A stretch of DNA of 58,273 bases, filler included, from Candidatus Desantisbacteria bacterium CG1_02_49_89 (GTDB lineage: Bacteria; Desantisbacteria; UBA1551): assembly GCA_001871075.1 (NCBI GenBank). It is 3 parts of 3 records of this genome, joined end to end, with 100 filler letters (N's around TTAATTAATTAA, not from the genome) between each part and the next. Parts side by side here need not be neighbours in the genome. Positions count along the whole stretch, not along the records: positions 1 to 26,830 come from MNUP01000083.1; 2 more parts are not named here. One strand, written 5' to 3'. The first letter of the stretch is position 1. The number at the start of each line of letters is the position of its first letter. The position numbers and the translations under genes were made by a program. This document shows, piece after piece, positions 10,201 to 18,159 of this stretch. Below the pieces are notes generated by a model, which was not told the DNA's origin, made no database searches, and was given only the letters and a program-made list of their open reading frames with translations.

Positions 10201-11452
10201 AGGCAAGGCAATCACCGGTCCGTCCGACCATCAGGTGCGGGAGGAAGGCGAGTGGCTGAAAATGGTCAGCGCTTACCGCAGGTTCGTGGACGACTTCGTG
10301 AGCAAGAAGTGCACTATCGCGACGCGTCTCATAAAAAGCATTGATCCGTACCATTTTGTGAGTTTCAGGATGGCGCATTCAGGCGATCCCACTGTCGCGC
10401 CCGAGGCATACGGCTACGATTTCAGGGCGTTCAGGTCCTTTGAGCTTGTGGAGCCTGAAGGGTACGGCAGGATAGGTGACTGGAACCGGGTGCGGGACGG
10501 AGCGTTCACCACCACTTACGCGAGATACACCGCTCCGGGAAGAGCGGTGATGTGGGCTGAGTTCGGGAACACGTCATGGTCAGGCACGAATTTCGGCCTT
10601 GCCCCTAACGTTGAAGCAGGCAAGGGGAAGCTTTACGACGATTTCTACAAAATGATAGTTATTTCCTATGCGAACGGAAGTTCATGCTGGTGGTTCCCGG
10701 GCGGGTTCAGGTTCGGGGAGAACAGCGATTTCGGGATAATAGGCCCTGACGGCTCCTGGCGCCCCACAACAGAGATGATAAGCAAATACGCGCCGCAGAT
10801 CACAACCCCGCGCCCGATGCCTGAAGTGGCAAAGTGGTTCGTGGTGGACAGGGACCTGACAGTGCGGGGGATAGCCGGAGTTTACGAAAAGATAAAGGAC
10901 GAATACTGGAGACTGCTTGACGCGGGCAAGTTGCCCGGGCTGAAAGACGAGGCAACAGGCACGAATTCGCTGAACACTCCCTTGAAAGCTGTGGGGAACG
11001 TGGAGTATAACGGCACAAACCCGCCCAAGTACCTGAATGCCGAGTTTAACTATGTCAGGATAAAGGTTGGAGTAGAGCCTTCCCTGCCCGCCAACGTATT
11101 AGTGGAGGGAGGCTCGTGGATTGAAGTTGAGGATGGCGCTCAAATAGAAGTTGCGGCCGGTGCTCCGGTGCAGTGCGTTGCATCCGCGGGAAATCTGCAG
11201 TCCGCGGCATGGATCGCGCCTGCGAATGCGAAGGGCGCGAAAGGCGCGGTTTACCTCTCAACCCCGAAAGAATCCGAGATACAGGCAAAGGCCGGGATAG
11301 CGAAAGACGCACCCTATTTTGCGGACGCGGATGTTCCTGAGTTCTTGCTGAGCAAGGGCATAAGCAAGGAAACGAAGGTGGTCCTGCAGATGACCGCGCT
11401 TGACCGTGCCTGGTTCGGCGAAAAGATCGAATTCACCCTGGTACCTAAATAA
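7223..11452 (+). CDS. Large secreted multidomain glycoside hydrolase-like protein (LamG-like + GATase-like + CBM11-like + Ig + GH-A-clan barrel)
   Basis: ATG at 7223 after a GGGGG RBS; signal peptide MRKIIFLVL...AQA; Ala/Pro linker; YDLAWER and WAEFG motifs; paralogue of 2-4206. Confidence 0.75.
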   Translation: MRKIIFLVLITFLTFNFQPLTFNCAPAQAQDKPLWSDDFTKGARDWEVIAGDWEIKGGKCLIAEPAQAWIVSSKAPDLEQQVLEVKMTVQERLSEDGWSVAGIMMWIDADNYFMLGFTEAPDKKQHYIDFLENLGGKWQAQQEEGTRLKALKEKNMALNWKYNTEYKLRFELDKKGVTGTVLNPETDKVISQRRYEFGDAEAIRSGRFGMLVWGQTVSYREPAVWKTLPAVAPAAAAPAAVPATPAEVKKEVKKSEGTPLGEEPAAAAEQKKEDVVKKKFSEKIAIFVEPDLGADRSAAESLKSALDQAGLKSRLISGDELCDGDFFNRGNFDVVIFPAAKTYPAAGAANIEKFLAKGGNLIAAGGIPFSNPAWKKDNRWMDKETFMRRLAEIKTENMVFDFEDGDVSGWQRGANDMNSPSAFEVQDGGFKGSMNSLLIDIENLSGWDTWRKDFSVPQGHNLFCFWAKGDDRTGMVSIECVEDDSSRWIASVRISDKWEKYAIYPEEFKYWKDNQSKGRGGPKDTVKFENVNAISVGLSFTHTAAVGPGRHRLWMDEIGTTQNTLGKLDQHKEMVIDGLCPAYKMFPMTNYASAKVDAGQLFVKDAAIPRVKDPFSSSPRPKGTGFGKKRRMRFIPLVNAYDKNGKRCGYLAWMFVNNFSPLKGSALACLGITQQELLKDKAFAGMIIDLAKKMTDGVYLYEGGSQLPVYYQGESVKLGAQVVNFGQSESQELIARIKVKPRGKEEIAFQKELPVVIADKSISVDCAWEPGKFADRLYDVTTELVRKGQVIDMARQELQVWEPKPLEKRNYMTVKDGDFYLNGKKWYAHGVNYMCSTEIAIEDGEYFEQYLSARSYDPDIAEEDLDRMKEMGMNMVSIFIYHPAHKARNTQDLMMRSEKHGIMVNLSLRPNADPLMFKWKEVKGMIEDMRAAEFDVLFAYDLAWERTWGTYESSYGNAKGRKGYDKEWEKWIIERYGSIENAEKDWEFPIPKKGKAITGPSDHQVREEGEWLKMVSAYRRFVDDFVSKKCTIATRLIKSIDPYHFVSFRMAHSGDPTVAPEAYGYDFRAFRSFELVEPEGYGRIGDWNRVRDGAFTTTYARYTAPGRAVMWAEFGNTSWSGTNFGLAPNVEAGKGKLYDDFYKMIVISYANGSSCWWFPGGFRFGENSDFGIIGPDGSWRPTTEMISKYAPQITTPRPMPEVAKWFVVDRDLTVRGIAGVYEKIKDEYWRLLDAGKLPGLKDEATGTNSLNTPLKAVGNVEYNGTNPPKYLNAEFNYVRIKVGVEPSLPANVLVEGGSWIEVEDGAQIEVAAGAPVQCVASAGNLQSAAWIAPANAKGAKGAVYLSTPKESEIQAKAGIAKDAPYFADADVPEFLLSKGISKETKVVLQMTALDRAWFGEKIEFTLVPK

Positions 11453-11748
11453 CGTTCATCGTGCATCGCCCTGGCGGGTCGCGCATCGTCAAAAATAACC
11501 ACAGAGGCACAGAGGCACGGAGAAAAATTTCCACGAAAGCACTCCGCCCGTCTTCCAGCGGGCGAGACTTCGCCCACCTGAAAGGATGGGTGAGGAAACC
11601 ACGAAGGCACGAATGATTCAACTTCTTCCTCTCCCTTGACGGGAGAGGAAAGAGGTGAGGGTGGATTAAGCGTAACTCAGGGCTTTTCGAAGACCCGCCA
11701 ATCTTTAAGGAGGGAGCCCTGATTAATTGAAAATACGAGGAGCATCCC

Positions 11749-13272
11749 ATTCGCATAAAAAAAGTAATTTTAATCTTGGCGACTATTTTGTTCTGCGTGG
11801 TTTCAGCGCTTGCTGATGTAACCCTGCGCACGCCATTTAAAAACCACGCGGTTTTCCAGCGGGGTATAAAGATCCCGGTTTGGGGCACGGCTGACCCTGG
11901 CGAGAAGGTCTTGGTTGAACTTGGGAAACAAAAAGCAAACGCTGTTGCAGATGCCGCGGGAAAATGGATGGCAAGGCTGGATCCGATGGAAGCGGGCGGG
12001 CCGTTTGAAATGACGGTCAAAGGCAGCAACGAGATAACCGTTACGGACATTCTTATCGGCGACGTCTGGATCTGTTCCGGGCAGTCCAACATGGAATTTC
12101 AGGTGAACAGCGGGCTAAACGCCCGGCAGGAGGTAGCGGAGGCGGATTATCCGGAGATAAGGTTCCTGGCAGTGACAAAGAAGGTCGCGGACGAACCGCA
12201 GGAAAGCACGTGGGGTTCCTGGACTTTGTGCAGCCCGAAATCTGCCGGAGGATTCTCGGCAGTCGGGTATTTCTTCGGAAGGGAATTATACAGGGAGTTG
12301 AAAGTCCCTATAGGCCTGATAAACAGTTCCTGGGGTGGAACGCCGATCGAAGCGTGGATGAGCCGGGAGGTCCTTGAATCAGAGCCTTCATTTAAGGTAT
12401 TTATCACGCGCTGGGAAAGGGCAAAGGAAAGTTACGACAGGCAGAGGCAGAGATATGAAGAACAGCTCGCTGAATGGGATATTCTTTCAGAGAGCGCGGC
12501 GCTTGCGGGAGAGCCTGCTCCTAAAAGGCCCAAACCGCCCGTAGCGCTTAACGAATTCCTGATGAAACCGGCCTGCCTTTTCAACGGGATGATCTACCCG
12601 CTCATACCGTTCGGCATCAAAGGCGCCATATGGTACCAGGGAGAATCCAACGCGGGCGAAGCGCGCAAGTACCAGAAACTTTTTCCGGCCATGATCCGGG
12701 ACTGGCGCAGCCGCTGGAACCAGGGGGATTTCGGTTTCATGTTCGTGCAGCTCGCGAATTTTATGGCGGTCCAGAAAAGGCCGTCGGAAGGCGGTTGGGC
12801 TGAACTGCGCGAGGCGCAGCTCATGACGCTCTCAGTGCCGAAAACCGGAATGGCGGTGATAACCGATATCGGGGACGAAAAAGACATTCATCCCAAAAAT
12901 AAGCAGGATGTCGGGAAAAGGCTCGCACTCGCGGCGCTGGGGACCGTCTACGACAAAAAGATCGTTTATTACGGCCCTATATACGATTCCATGAAAGTCG
13001 AGGGGAGCAAGATCCGCCTGAGTTTCAAGCATGCCGGGACCGGCCTGGCTGTAAAAGAGGGTGAGGAGCTGAAAGGATTCGCGATCTGCGGGGAAAACAA
13101 GAGTTTCAAGTGGGCGAACGTGCAGATTGACGGGAACACGGTCCTTGCCTGGAACGACGAAATAGAGATACCGGTTGCAATAAGGTACGGCTGGGCGAAC
13201 AACCCTATCGGCAACCTATATAATAAGGAAGGCCTTCCCGCAACACCCTTTAGAACTGACGCGCCAAATTGA
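11749..13272 (+). CDS. Sialate O-acetylesterase (SASA/SGNH family), secreted
   Basis: GDVWICSGQSNM, IWYQGESN and DIHPKNKQDVG motifs. Start placed at ATT 11749 (GAGGAG 6 nt upstream) to give a complete signal peptide; the first canonical start is TTG 11776. Confidence 0.9.
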   Translation: MRIKKVILILATILFCVVSALADVTLRTPFKNHAVFQRGIKIPVWGTADPGEKVLVELGKQKANAVADAAGKWMARLDPMEAGGPFEMTVKGSNEITVTDILIGDVWICSGQSNMEFQVNSGLNARQEVAEADYPEIRFLAVTKKVADEPQESTWGSWTLCSPKSAGGFSAVGYFFGRELYRELKVPIGLINSSWGGTPIEAWMSREVLESEPSFKVFITRWERAKESYDRQRQRYEEQLAEWDILSESAALAGEPAPKRPKPPVALNEFLMKPACLFNGMIYPLIPFGIKGAIWYQGESNAGEARKYQKLFPAMIRDWRSRWNQGDFGFMFVQLANFMAVQKRPSEGGWAELREAQLMTLSVPKTGMAVITDIGDEKDIHPKNKQDVGKRLALAALGTVYDKKIVYYGPIYDSMKVEGSKIRLSFKHAGTGLAVKEGEELKGFAICGENKSFKWANVQIDGNTVLAWNDEIEIPVAIRYGWANNPIGNLYNKEGLPATPFRTDAPN

Positions 13273-13331
13273 ATAAAAGGCGCTCAATAGTCCAATAGTT
13301 CATTAGCTCATTCGTATTCGTAAAACATCAT

Positions 13332-13883
13332 ATGGATTTTAAGACCGTATTAAAAATATTGCTTAAGAACTTCCGTAAAGAAAATATCCGCTATGCGTTG
13401 ATAGGCGGTTTTGCTCTTGGCGCGCTTGATACTCCGCGCTCGACCGTTGATATTGATTTCCTTGTTCATCTTGACGACATGCCGAAGGTTGACGAGATCA
13501 TGAAAGGCAGCGGTTACGAATGCAGGTTTAAGAGCGGGAATGTTTCGCAATACGTTTCACCGCTTGAAATGTTCGGGGAAGTGGATTTCCTGCACGCTTT
13601 CAGAAAAACCGCGGTAGCCATGCTTGAAAGAGCGGTTGAAAAAGATATTTTTAAGAAATTAAAAATCAGAGTTCTTCAGCCCGAGGACATAATAGGCCTG
13701 AAAATACAGGCGGCCGCCAATGACGAGAACAGAGTTGAACGGGAATATTCGGACATAGGAACGCTGATGAAGAATTACGGGAAGAAATTAAACTGGGATC
13801 TTTTAGAAGAATATTTTAGCATATTTAAAGAGAAAAAAAGATTCTCGGATCTAAAAAAGAGGTATCATAATGCTGAGCGCTGA
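13332..13883 (+). CDS. Nucleotidyltransferase-fold protein (AbiEii/DUF6036-like)
   Basis: YALIGGFAL...PRSTVDIDFL motif; EDIIGLK and a C-terminal R..D. Confidence 0.75.
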   Translation: MDFKTVLKILLKNFRKENIRYALIGGFALGALDTPRSTVDIDFLVHLDDMPKVDEIMKGSGYECRFKSGNVSQYVSPLEMFGEVDFLHAFRKTAVAMLERAVEKDIFKKLKIRVLQPEDIIGLKIQAAANDENRVEREYSDIGTLMKNYGKKLNWDLLEEYFSIFKEKKRFSDLKKRYHNAER

Positions 13884-14091
13884 AATCAAGAAAGAAATGC
13901 GGGAGCTTGCAAGATCATCCAGACTCCGGGAAGATATGAGATATGTAGCAGAGGGCAGGCACAATCCGTTTTTCGTAGATGGTAAAACGGACATGAACCG
14001 CCTGATCGAATTCCTGACAGAGTCAAACGCGTTTATAAACCATAAGCGCCGGCCTTTCCGCCGCATTAAAGATAAGATCATGAAATTATAA
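13870..14091 (+). CDS. Small hypothetical protein coupled to the nucleotidyltransferase (possible TA partner)
   Basis: 73-aa ORF overlapping the upstream stop; GAGG RBS. Confidence 0.65.
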   Translation: MLSAEIKKEMRELARSSRLREDMRYVAEGRHNPFFVDGKTDMNRLIEFLTESNAFINHKRRPFRRIKDKIMKL

Positions 14092-14201
14092 TTTTGTTTT
14101 ACTAAAGACCACCCGTATTTACCGCAAACGTTTGTTTTTCGGATTTAGCAGTTCCTTGTAAACTTGTAAACTTATAAACTCTGCAAACTGTTTATTTTTA
14201 C

Positions 14202-14319
14202 GAAATCGGGGCGTAGCCCGCCCAGCAAGATTGGCGGGTAAACTCCTCAAAAGTGGAATTGTCATAATTCGGGAAATCGGGGCGTAGCCCGCCCAGCAAG
14301 ATTGGCGGGTAAACTCCTC
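14202..14319 (+). repeat. Two 47-bp direct repeats, each made of the tRNA-Pro 5' end plus a CCCGCCCAGCAAGATTGGCGGG palindrome
   Basis: GAAATCGGGGCGTAGCCCGCCCAGCAAGATTGGCGGGTAAACTCCTC at 14202-14248 and 14273-14319. Confidence 0.9.
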
Positions 14320-14383
14320 CTGTTTAGCGCACACGCTTACGGCGGGTAAACTGTAAAAGTGGAATAATCGTTAATCAGTGAAT

Positions 14384-14457
14384 CGGGGCGTAGCGCAGCC
14401 TGGTAGCGCACACGCTTGGGGTGCGTGGGGTCATGGGTTCAAATCCCGTCGCCCCGA
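14384..14457 (+). tRNA. tRNA-Pro (anticodon GGG), CCA not encoded
   Basis: Acceptor stem CGGGGCG/CGCCCCG-A, D arm GCGC-AGCCTGGTA-GCGC, anticodon arm CACGC-TT GGG GT-GCGTG, T loop GGTTCAAATCC. Confidence 0.95.
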
Positions 14458-14895
14458 TTGATTTTCTGCTTTGCAGAAAATCTGGAGTCCCGATGTTACA
14501 TCGGGACGGTCTATTGCTCAATTTTCTATTTTCGGAAAGATTTGTCGCCACTTCGGCGACCCGCCGATGAGGCGGGAAGCCAACTTTCGCGCATCCATAC
14601 GGATGAAAAGCCCGAAGGGCGTCAGCGAAAGTGGCCGGCTTCGGATGGTGAGTGGTCCGACGAATAAGTCGGACCGAGTTACGAACGCCACCGAGATGGT
14701 GAGGTGGCCGGGCGAGCAGAGCGACGAGGGAGAAGAAATCCTCCGTCGCCTCGATTGATTTTCTGCTTTGCAGAAAATCTGGAGTCCCGATGTTACATCG
14801 GGACGGTCTATTGCTCAATTTTCTATTTTCGGAAAGATTTGTCGCCACTTCGGCGACCCGCCGATGAGGCGGGAAGCCAACTTTCGCGCATCCAT
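14446..14895 (+). repeat. 153-bp direct repeat starting in the tRNA 3' end (14446-14598 and 14743-14895)
   Basis: Near-identical copies 297 bp apart. The second copy is preceded by AAATCCTCCGTCGCCTCGA, a variant of the tRNA 3' end AAATCCCGTCGCCCCGA. Confidence 0.9.
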
Positions 14896-14930
14896 TATTA
14901 AAAATAGAAAAAACAAGCATCTAGGAAAAA

Positions 14931-15562
14931 ATGATAATTTTAGGAATTATTTTTATTATAATTGGTTTAATACTTATTCAATGGCATGGTAGAAATTATC
15001 TAAATCGTGGAAAAAGACCCTTTTCAATTGTTAATTCCTCGATTTTTAATTGGTTTTTTTAATAATTGAGAATGTTATAATTATTAGCGGTTTTATACTT
15101 ATTTTTAGATCTTCTATTTTAGCTGGATTCATTATTTTAGGTATATATTTGTTTATTTTTATTTGGATGCAAATAGGCGGTAGTACAAAATCAACGAGAA
15201 AGACAATGCTGAGTGCATATATTAATATAAAAAAAGCGAATCCTCTTAAAGAAGAGTTAAATGAAAATAAAAAAGAAGAACATGAAAAAGAAATTTTATT
15301 TTTAACATTAGTATCAAGATTTCGTATTGCACGATGGTACAACAATGATATTTCTATCACTAACCATATTTTAAAAGGAATGGTCAATGAATGCCCTAAT
15401 ATAGATGACCTGAGTAATTTTGTTATACTTTTTGAATTTAATGAAAACCCTGGAATGGATATTATGGATATTCAGGAAGTATTTGAAAAAACACAATATG
15501 AATTTTATAAGATAAAGAAAGCCGGTATTAATATAGAGGATTATATAAAAAAGCTTGAATAA
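14931..15562 (+). pseudogene. AT-rich membrane protein gene split by a frameshift at the T7 run 15054-15060 (may be a sequencing error)
   Basis: ATG 14931 reads MIILGIIFIIIGLILIQWHG...FNWFF* and continues in the -1 frame as LIIENVIIISGFILIF (ORF 15050-15562). One extra T fuses them. Confidence 0.6.
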
Positions 15563-15642
15563 TAAGCAAAAAAGTAAAAACAAATGAAAATTGGTAAGTT
15601 CAATATTGCAAATCTTAATAAATTCTTAAAGAGGTGATTATG

Positions 15643-16857
15643 ATGAAAAACCCAATTTTTATTTCAGAATTAATTCTAAAAAGGTTCAGAAGCATTCTTT
15701 CTGCTAAAATCCCTTTTGAAAATCTAACTTTTTTAGTCGGTAGAAATGGAGCTGGGAAAAGTAACATTGTAGATATATTTCAATTCCTTTCTGACTTAAT
15801 GACTGTCCCTTTAAAAGCAGCTCTTGATACACGCGGAGGATTAGATGCAGTTCGTCATAGAAGTTCTCAAAGAGGTTATCCTGCTAGTATGGGTTTAAGA
15901 TTAAATTTTACTATACCTATGTCAAATAATATTAAAAAAAAAGGAATGTATGCTTTTGAAATAAAAGCACTTCCTAAACACCAATTTGAGGTAGTTAGAG
16001 AACAATGTAGATTAGAAGGAAATCAAGAATTTGAATGGTTTGATCGCCACGTTACTTCTTTTTCATCGAGTTTGGGACTTAAACCTTCACTTGATCCCCA
16101 ATCCCTTGTTTTACCTATTATTGGTGGCACTTTTGAATTTATGCCAGTTCTAAAATCAATAGCTTCTATGCAGGTTTATTCTATTGTGCCTTCTCAAATA
16201 CGTGAGCTTCAATCTCCAGATAGCGGGCTAAGGTTGCAATCAGACGGAAGTAATATAACTAGTGTATTGCAGGAGCTACAAAGATCACACGAAGATGTAT
16301 TTAAAAACTTGGGTGAATTATTAAAAGCAGTAGTTCCTGGAATAAATAGCGTTCGTACTAAAAAGCATGCAAAAAAGTTATCTTTAGAATTTACACAATC
16401 ATGGAGTAATGGAAAAAATGGGCAAAAAAGCAAAGAGATAAAATTTGAATCTTTTTCAATGTCAGACGGAACTCTTAGGGCAATCGGTGTTTTGACTGCT
16501 CTTTTACAACAACCGATTCCGTCACTTATAGTAATAGAAGAACCAGAAGCAACTATTCATCCAGGTGCTCTCGGAGCACTTATGGATGGCGTTCGAACTT
16601 CATCAAGAAATACACAGATTATTTTAACAACTCATTGCCCAGAAATACTTGATTTTAAATGGCTTAATCCAGATCAAATTAGAGTTGTTGATTGGCAAAA
16701 GGGAGCTACGCAAGTCTATAAACCATCTCAAGCTGCTATCGAATCGGTAAGGAATAATTTAATGGGATTAGGTGATCTTATGAGGAGCGGTATTTTAGAA
16801 AGTGGCAATGAGCTTTTTGAACCGCATATAGCTCAACTTAATTTATTTGAGGATTAA
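15643..16857 (+). CDS. ABC-type ATPase (AAA_21/AAA_15-like)
   Basis: Walker A GRNGAGKS, signature MSDGTLR, Walker B IVIEEPE, H-loop TTHCP; low GC. Confidence 0.9.
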   Translation: MKNPIFISELILKRFRSILSAKIPFENLTFLVGRNGAGKSNIVDIFQFLSDLMTVPLKAALDTRGGLDAVRHRSSQRGYPASMGLRLNFTIPMSNNIKKKGMYAFEIKALPKHQFEVVREQCRLEGNQEFEWFDRHVTSFSSSLGLKPSLDPQSLVLPIIGGTFEFMPVLKSIASMQVYSIVPSQIRELQSPDSGLRLQSDGSNITSVLQELQRSHEDVFKNLGELLKAVVPGINSVRTKKHAKKLSLEFTQSWSNGKNGQKSKEIKFESFSMSDGTLRAIGVLTALLQQPIPSLIVIEEPEATIHPGALGALMDGVRTSSRNTQIILTTHCPEILDFKWLNPDQIRVVDWQKGATQVYKPSQAAIESVRNNLMGLGDLMRSGILESGNELFEPHIAQLNLFED

Positions 16858-16859
16858 AA

Positions 16860-17519
16860 ATGGAGCCATTAATAATTCAACCCATAGTTGAAGGACATGG
16901 TGAAGTAGATTCCGTAGGGATTCTTTTAAGAAGAATGCTTGCTGAAATTCAAATATATAATGTTTTTATAAAGAGACCAATGCGTTGGCCCAAAAGCAAA
17001 CTTATAAATGTTGAGGAATTAAAAAAACGAGTTCAGCTAGCAAATATAAATTTGGGTGCAGCAAACAAAAAAGCTATTATTATAATATTCGATGCTGATG
17101 ATGATTGTCCACGTGATTTGGTAAACAGACTTTTGGGACCAGTAAAAGTTGTTGCGGGAAACACACCTTGTACAATTATAATAGCAAAACATGAATATGA
17201 ATCTTGGTTTTTAGGTTGCATAGAAAGCTTGCGAGGAAAAAGATCAATTAATACCGATGCAACCTTTAATGAGGATCCTGAAAATATTAGTGGGGCAAAA
17301 GGTCGTTTAGAGGAGATGATGAATCGTTCTTATCAGGAGACAACCGATCAAGCAGCACTTACTGCGCAAATGAATTTTGAGAACTGTTATCAAAATTGTC
17401 GGTCTTTTCGTAAATTGGCGAAAGATATTTTCGTAATAGTTCGTGATTTAGGATACGTTTATTTTACAGAAACTAATTGGGGAAATTTAATTGCTAACGA
17501 GATAAGAAATAATGTATAA
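16860..17519 (+). CDS. DUF4276-like (TOPRIM-like) protein
   Basis: IVEGHGE, DADDDCP, EYESWFL, DPE...AK, YQETTDQ and CRSFRK motifs; directly after the ATPase. Confidence 0.8.
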   Translation: MEPLIIQPIVEGHGEVDSVGILLRRMLAEIQIYNVFIKRPMRWPKSKLINVEELKKRVQLANINLGAANKKAIIIIFDADDDCPRDLVNRLLGPVKVVAGNTPCTIIIAKHEYESWFLGCIESLRGKRSINTDATFNEDPENISGAKGRLEEMMNRSYQETTDQAALTAQMNFENCYQNCRSFRKLAKDIFVIVRDLGYVYFTETNWGNLIANEIRNNV

Positions 17520-18072
17520 TAGACTTAAAGAAGCTTTTAATTGTTTGAATAAAGAATATAGAAATAATCACTTTAGTCCAATTATCGAAGATGATTTTCT
17601 GGCAAGAATTTATTATCATATCTTAAAACATAATAAGGAACTTAACTCTAAAATATTTTTAAAAACTCGAATTTTTCAAAATATACCGCAATTAAGAAAA
17701 AATAAATATGATTTAGTTGTTGGCGAAAGAATAGAAAATAGAAATGAAGTATATGTGGAACCAGATCTTGTTGCTGAATTTAAAATATTCCCCGTTGGTT
17801 TTAGCTCATCAATACTTAGCAAAAGGCGAAATCAATCAGCCGAAGATATCTCGAAATTAAATGATATTTTTACATATTCTCACAACAAAACATGTCTAGT
17901 TTTTTGTTTTTTTGATGTTATAGGATGGCTAAAAGGTTCTAATCAAATAGATAATAATACACGTCTAGAAAAGTTAATAGAATTTCGCGATTCAATTAAC
18001 TCATCAATTAAAATATTGGGAATATCTGCTATCAACAAAGATGATAAAAGAACCCAAATTATAGAATTTTAA
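17512..18072 (+). CDS. Hypothetical protein, possible PD-(D/E)XK nuclease
   Basis: IIEDDF, KYDLVV...AEFK and DISKL pattern; overlaps the upstream gene; very AT-rich. Confidence 0.55.
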   Translation: MYNRLKEAFNCLNKEYRNNHFSPIIEDDFLARIYYHILKHNKELNSKIFLKTRIFQNIPQLRKNKYDLVVGERIENRNEVYVEPDLVAEFKIFPVGFSSSILSKRRNQSAEDISKLNDIFTYSHNKTCLVFCFFDVIGWLKGSNQIDNNTRLEKLIEFRDSINSSIKILGISAINKDDKRTQIIEF

Positions 18073-18159
18073 TAAAAATATAAAAGTAATTTCATTCAAA
18101 AAATTAATATCTATAATAACATTATTAGCGACAAACATGTACGAGAATGGAGTTTAATA

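Noticed and set aside
14202-14383. CRISPR-like repeat-spacer pattern
   Set aside because: Only two full repeats, which derive from the tRNA 5' end; no cas genes. No CRISPR array was found anywhere in the window.
14375-14992. ORFs with internal peptide repeats over the tRNA region
   Set aside because: They are translations of the tRNA and the 153-bp duplication, not credible genes.
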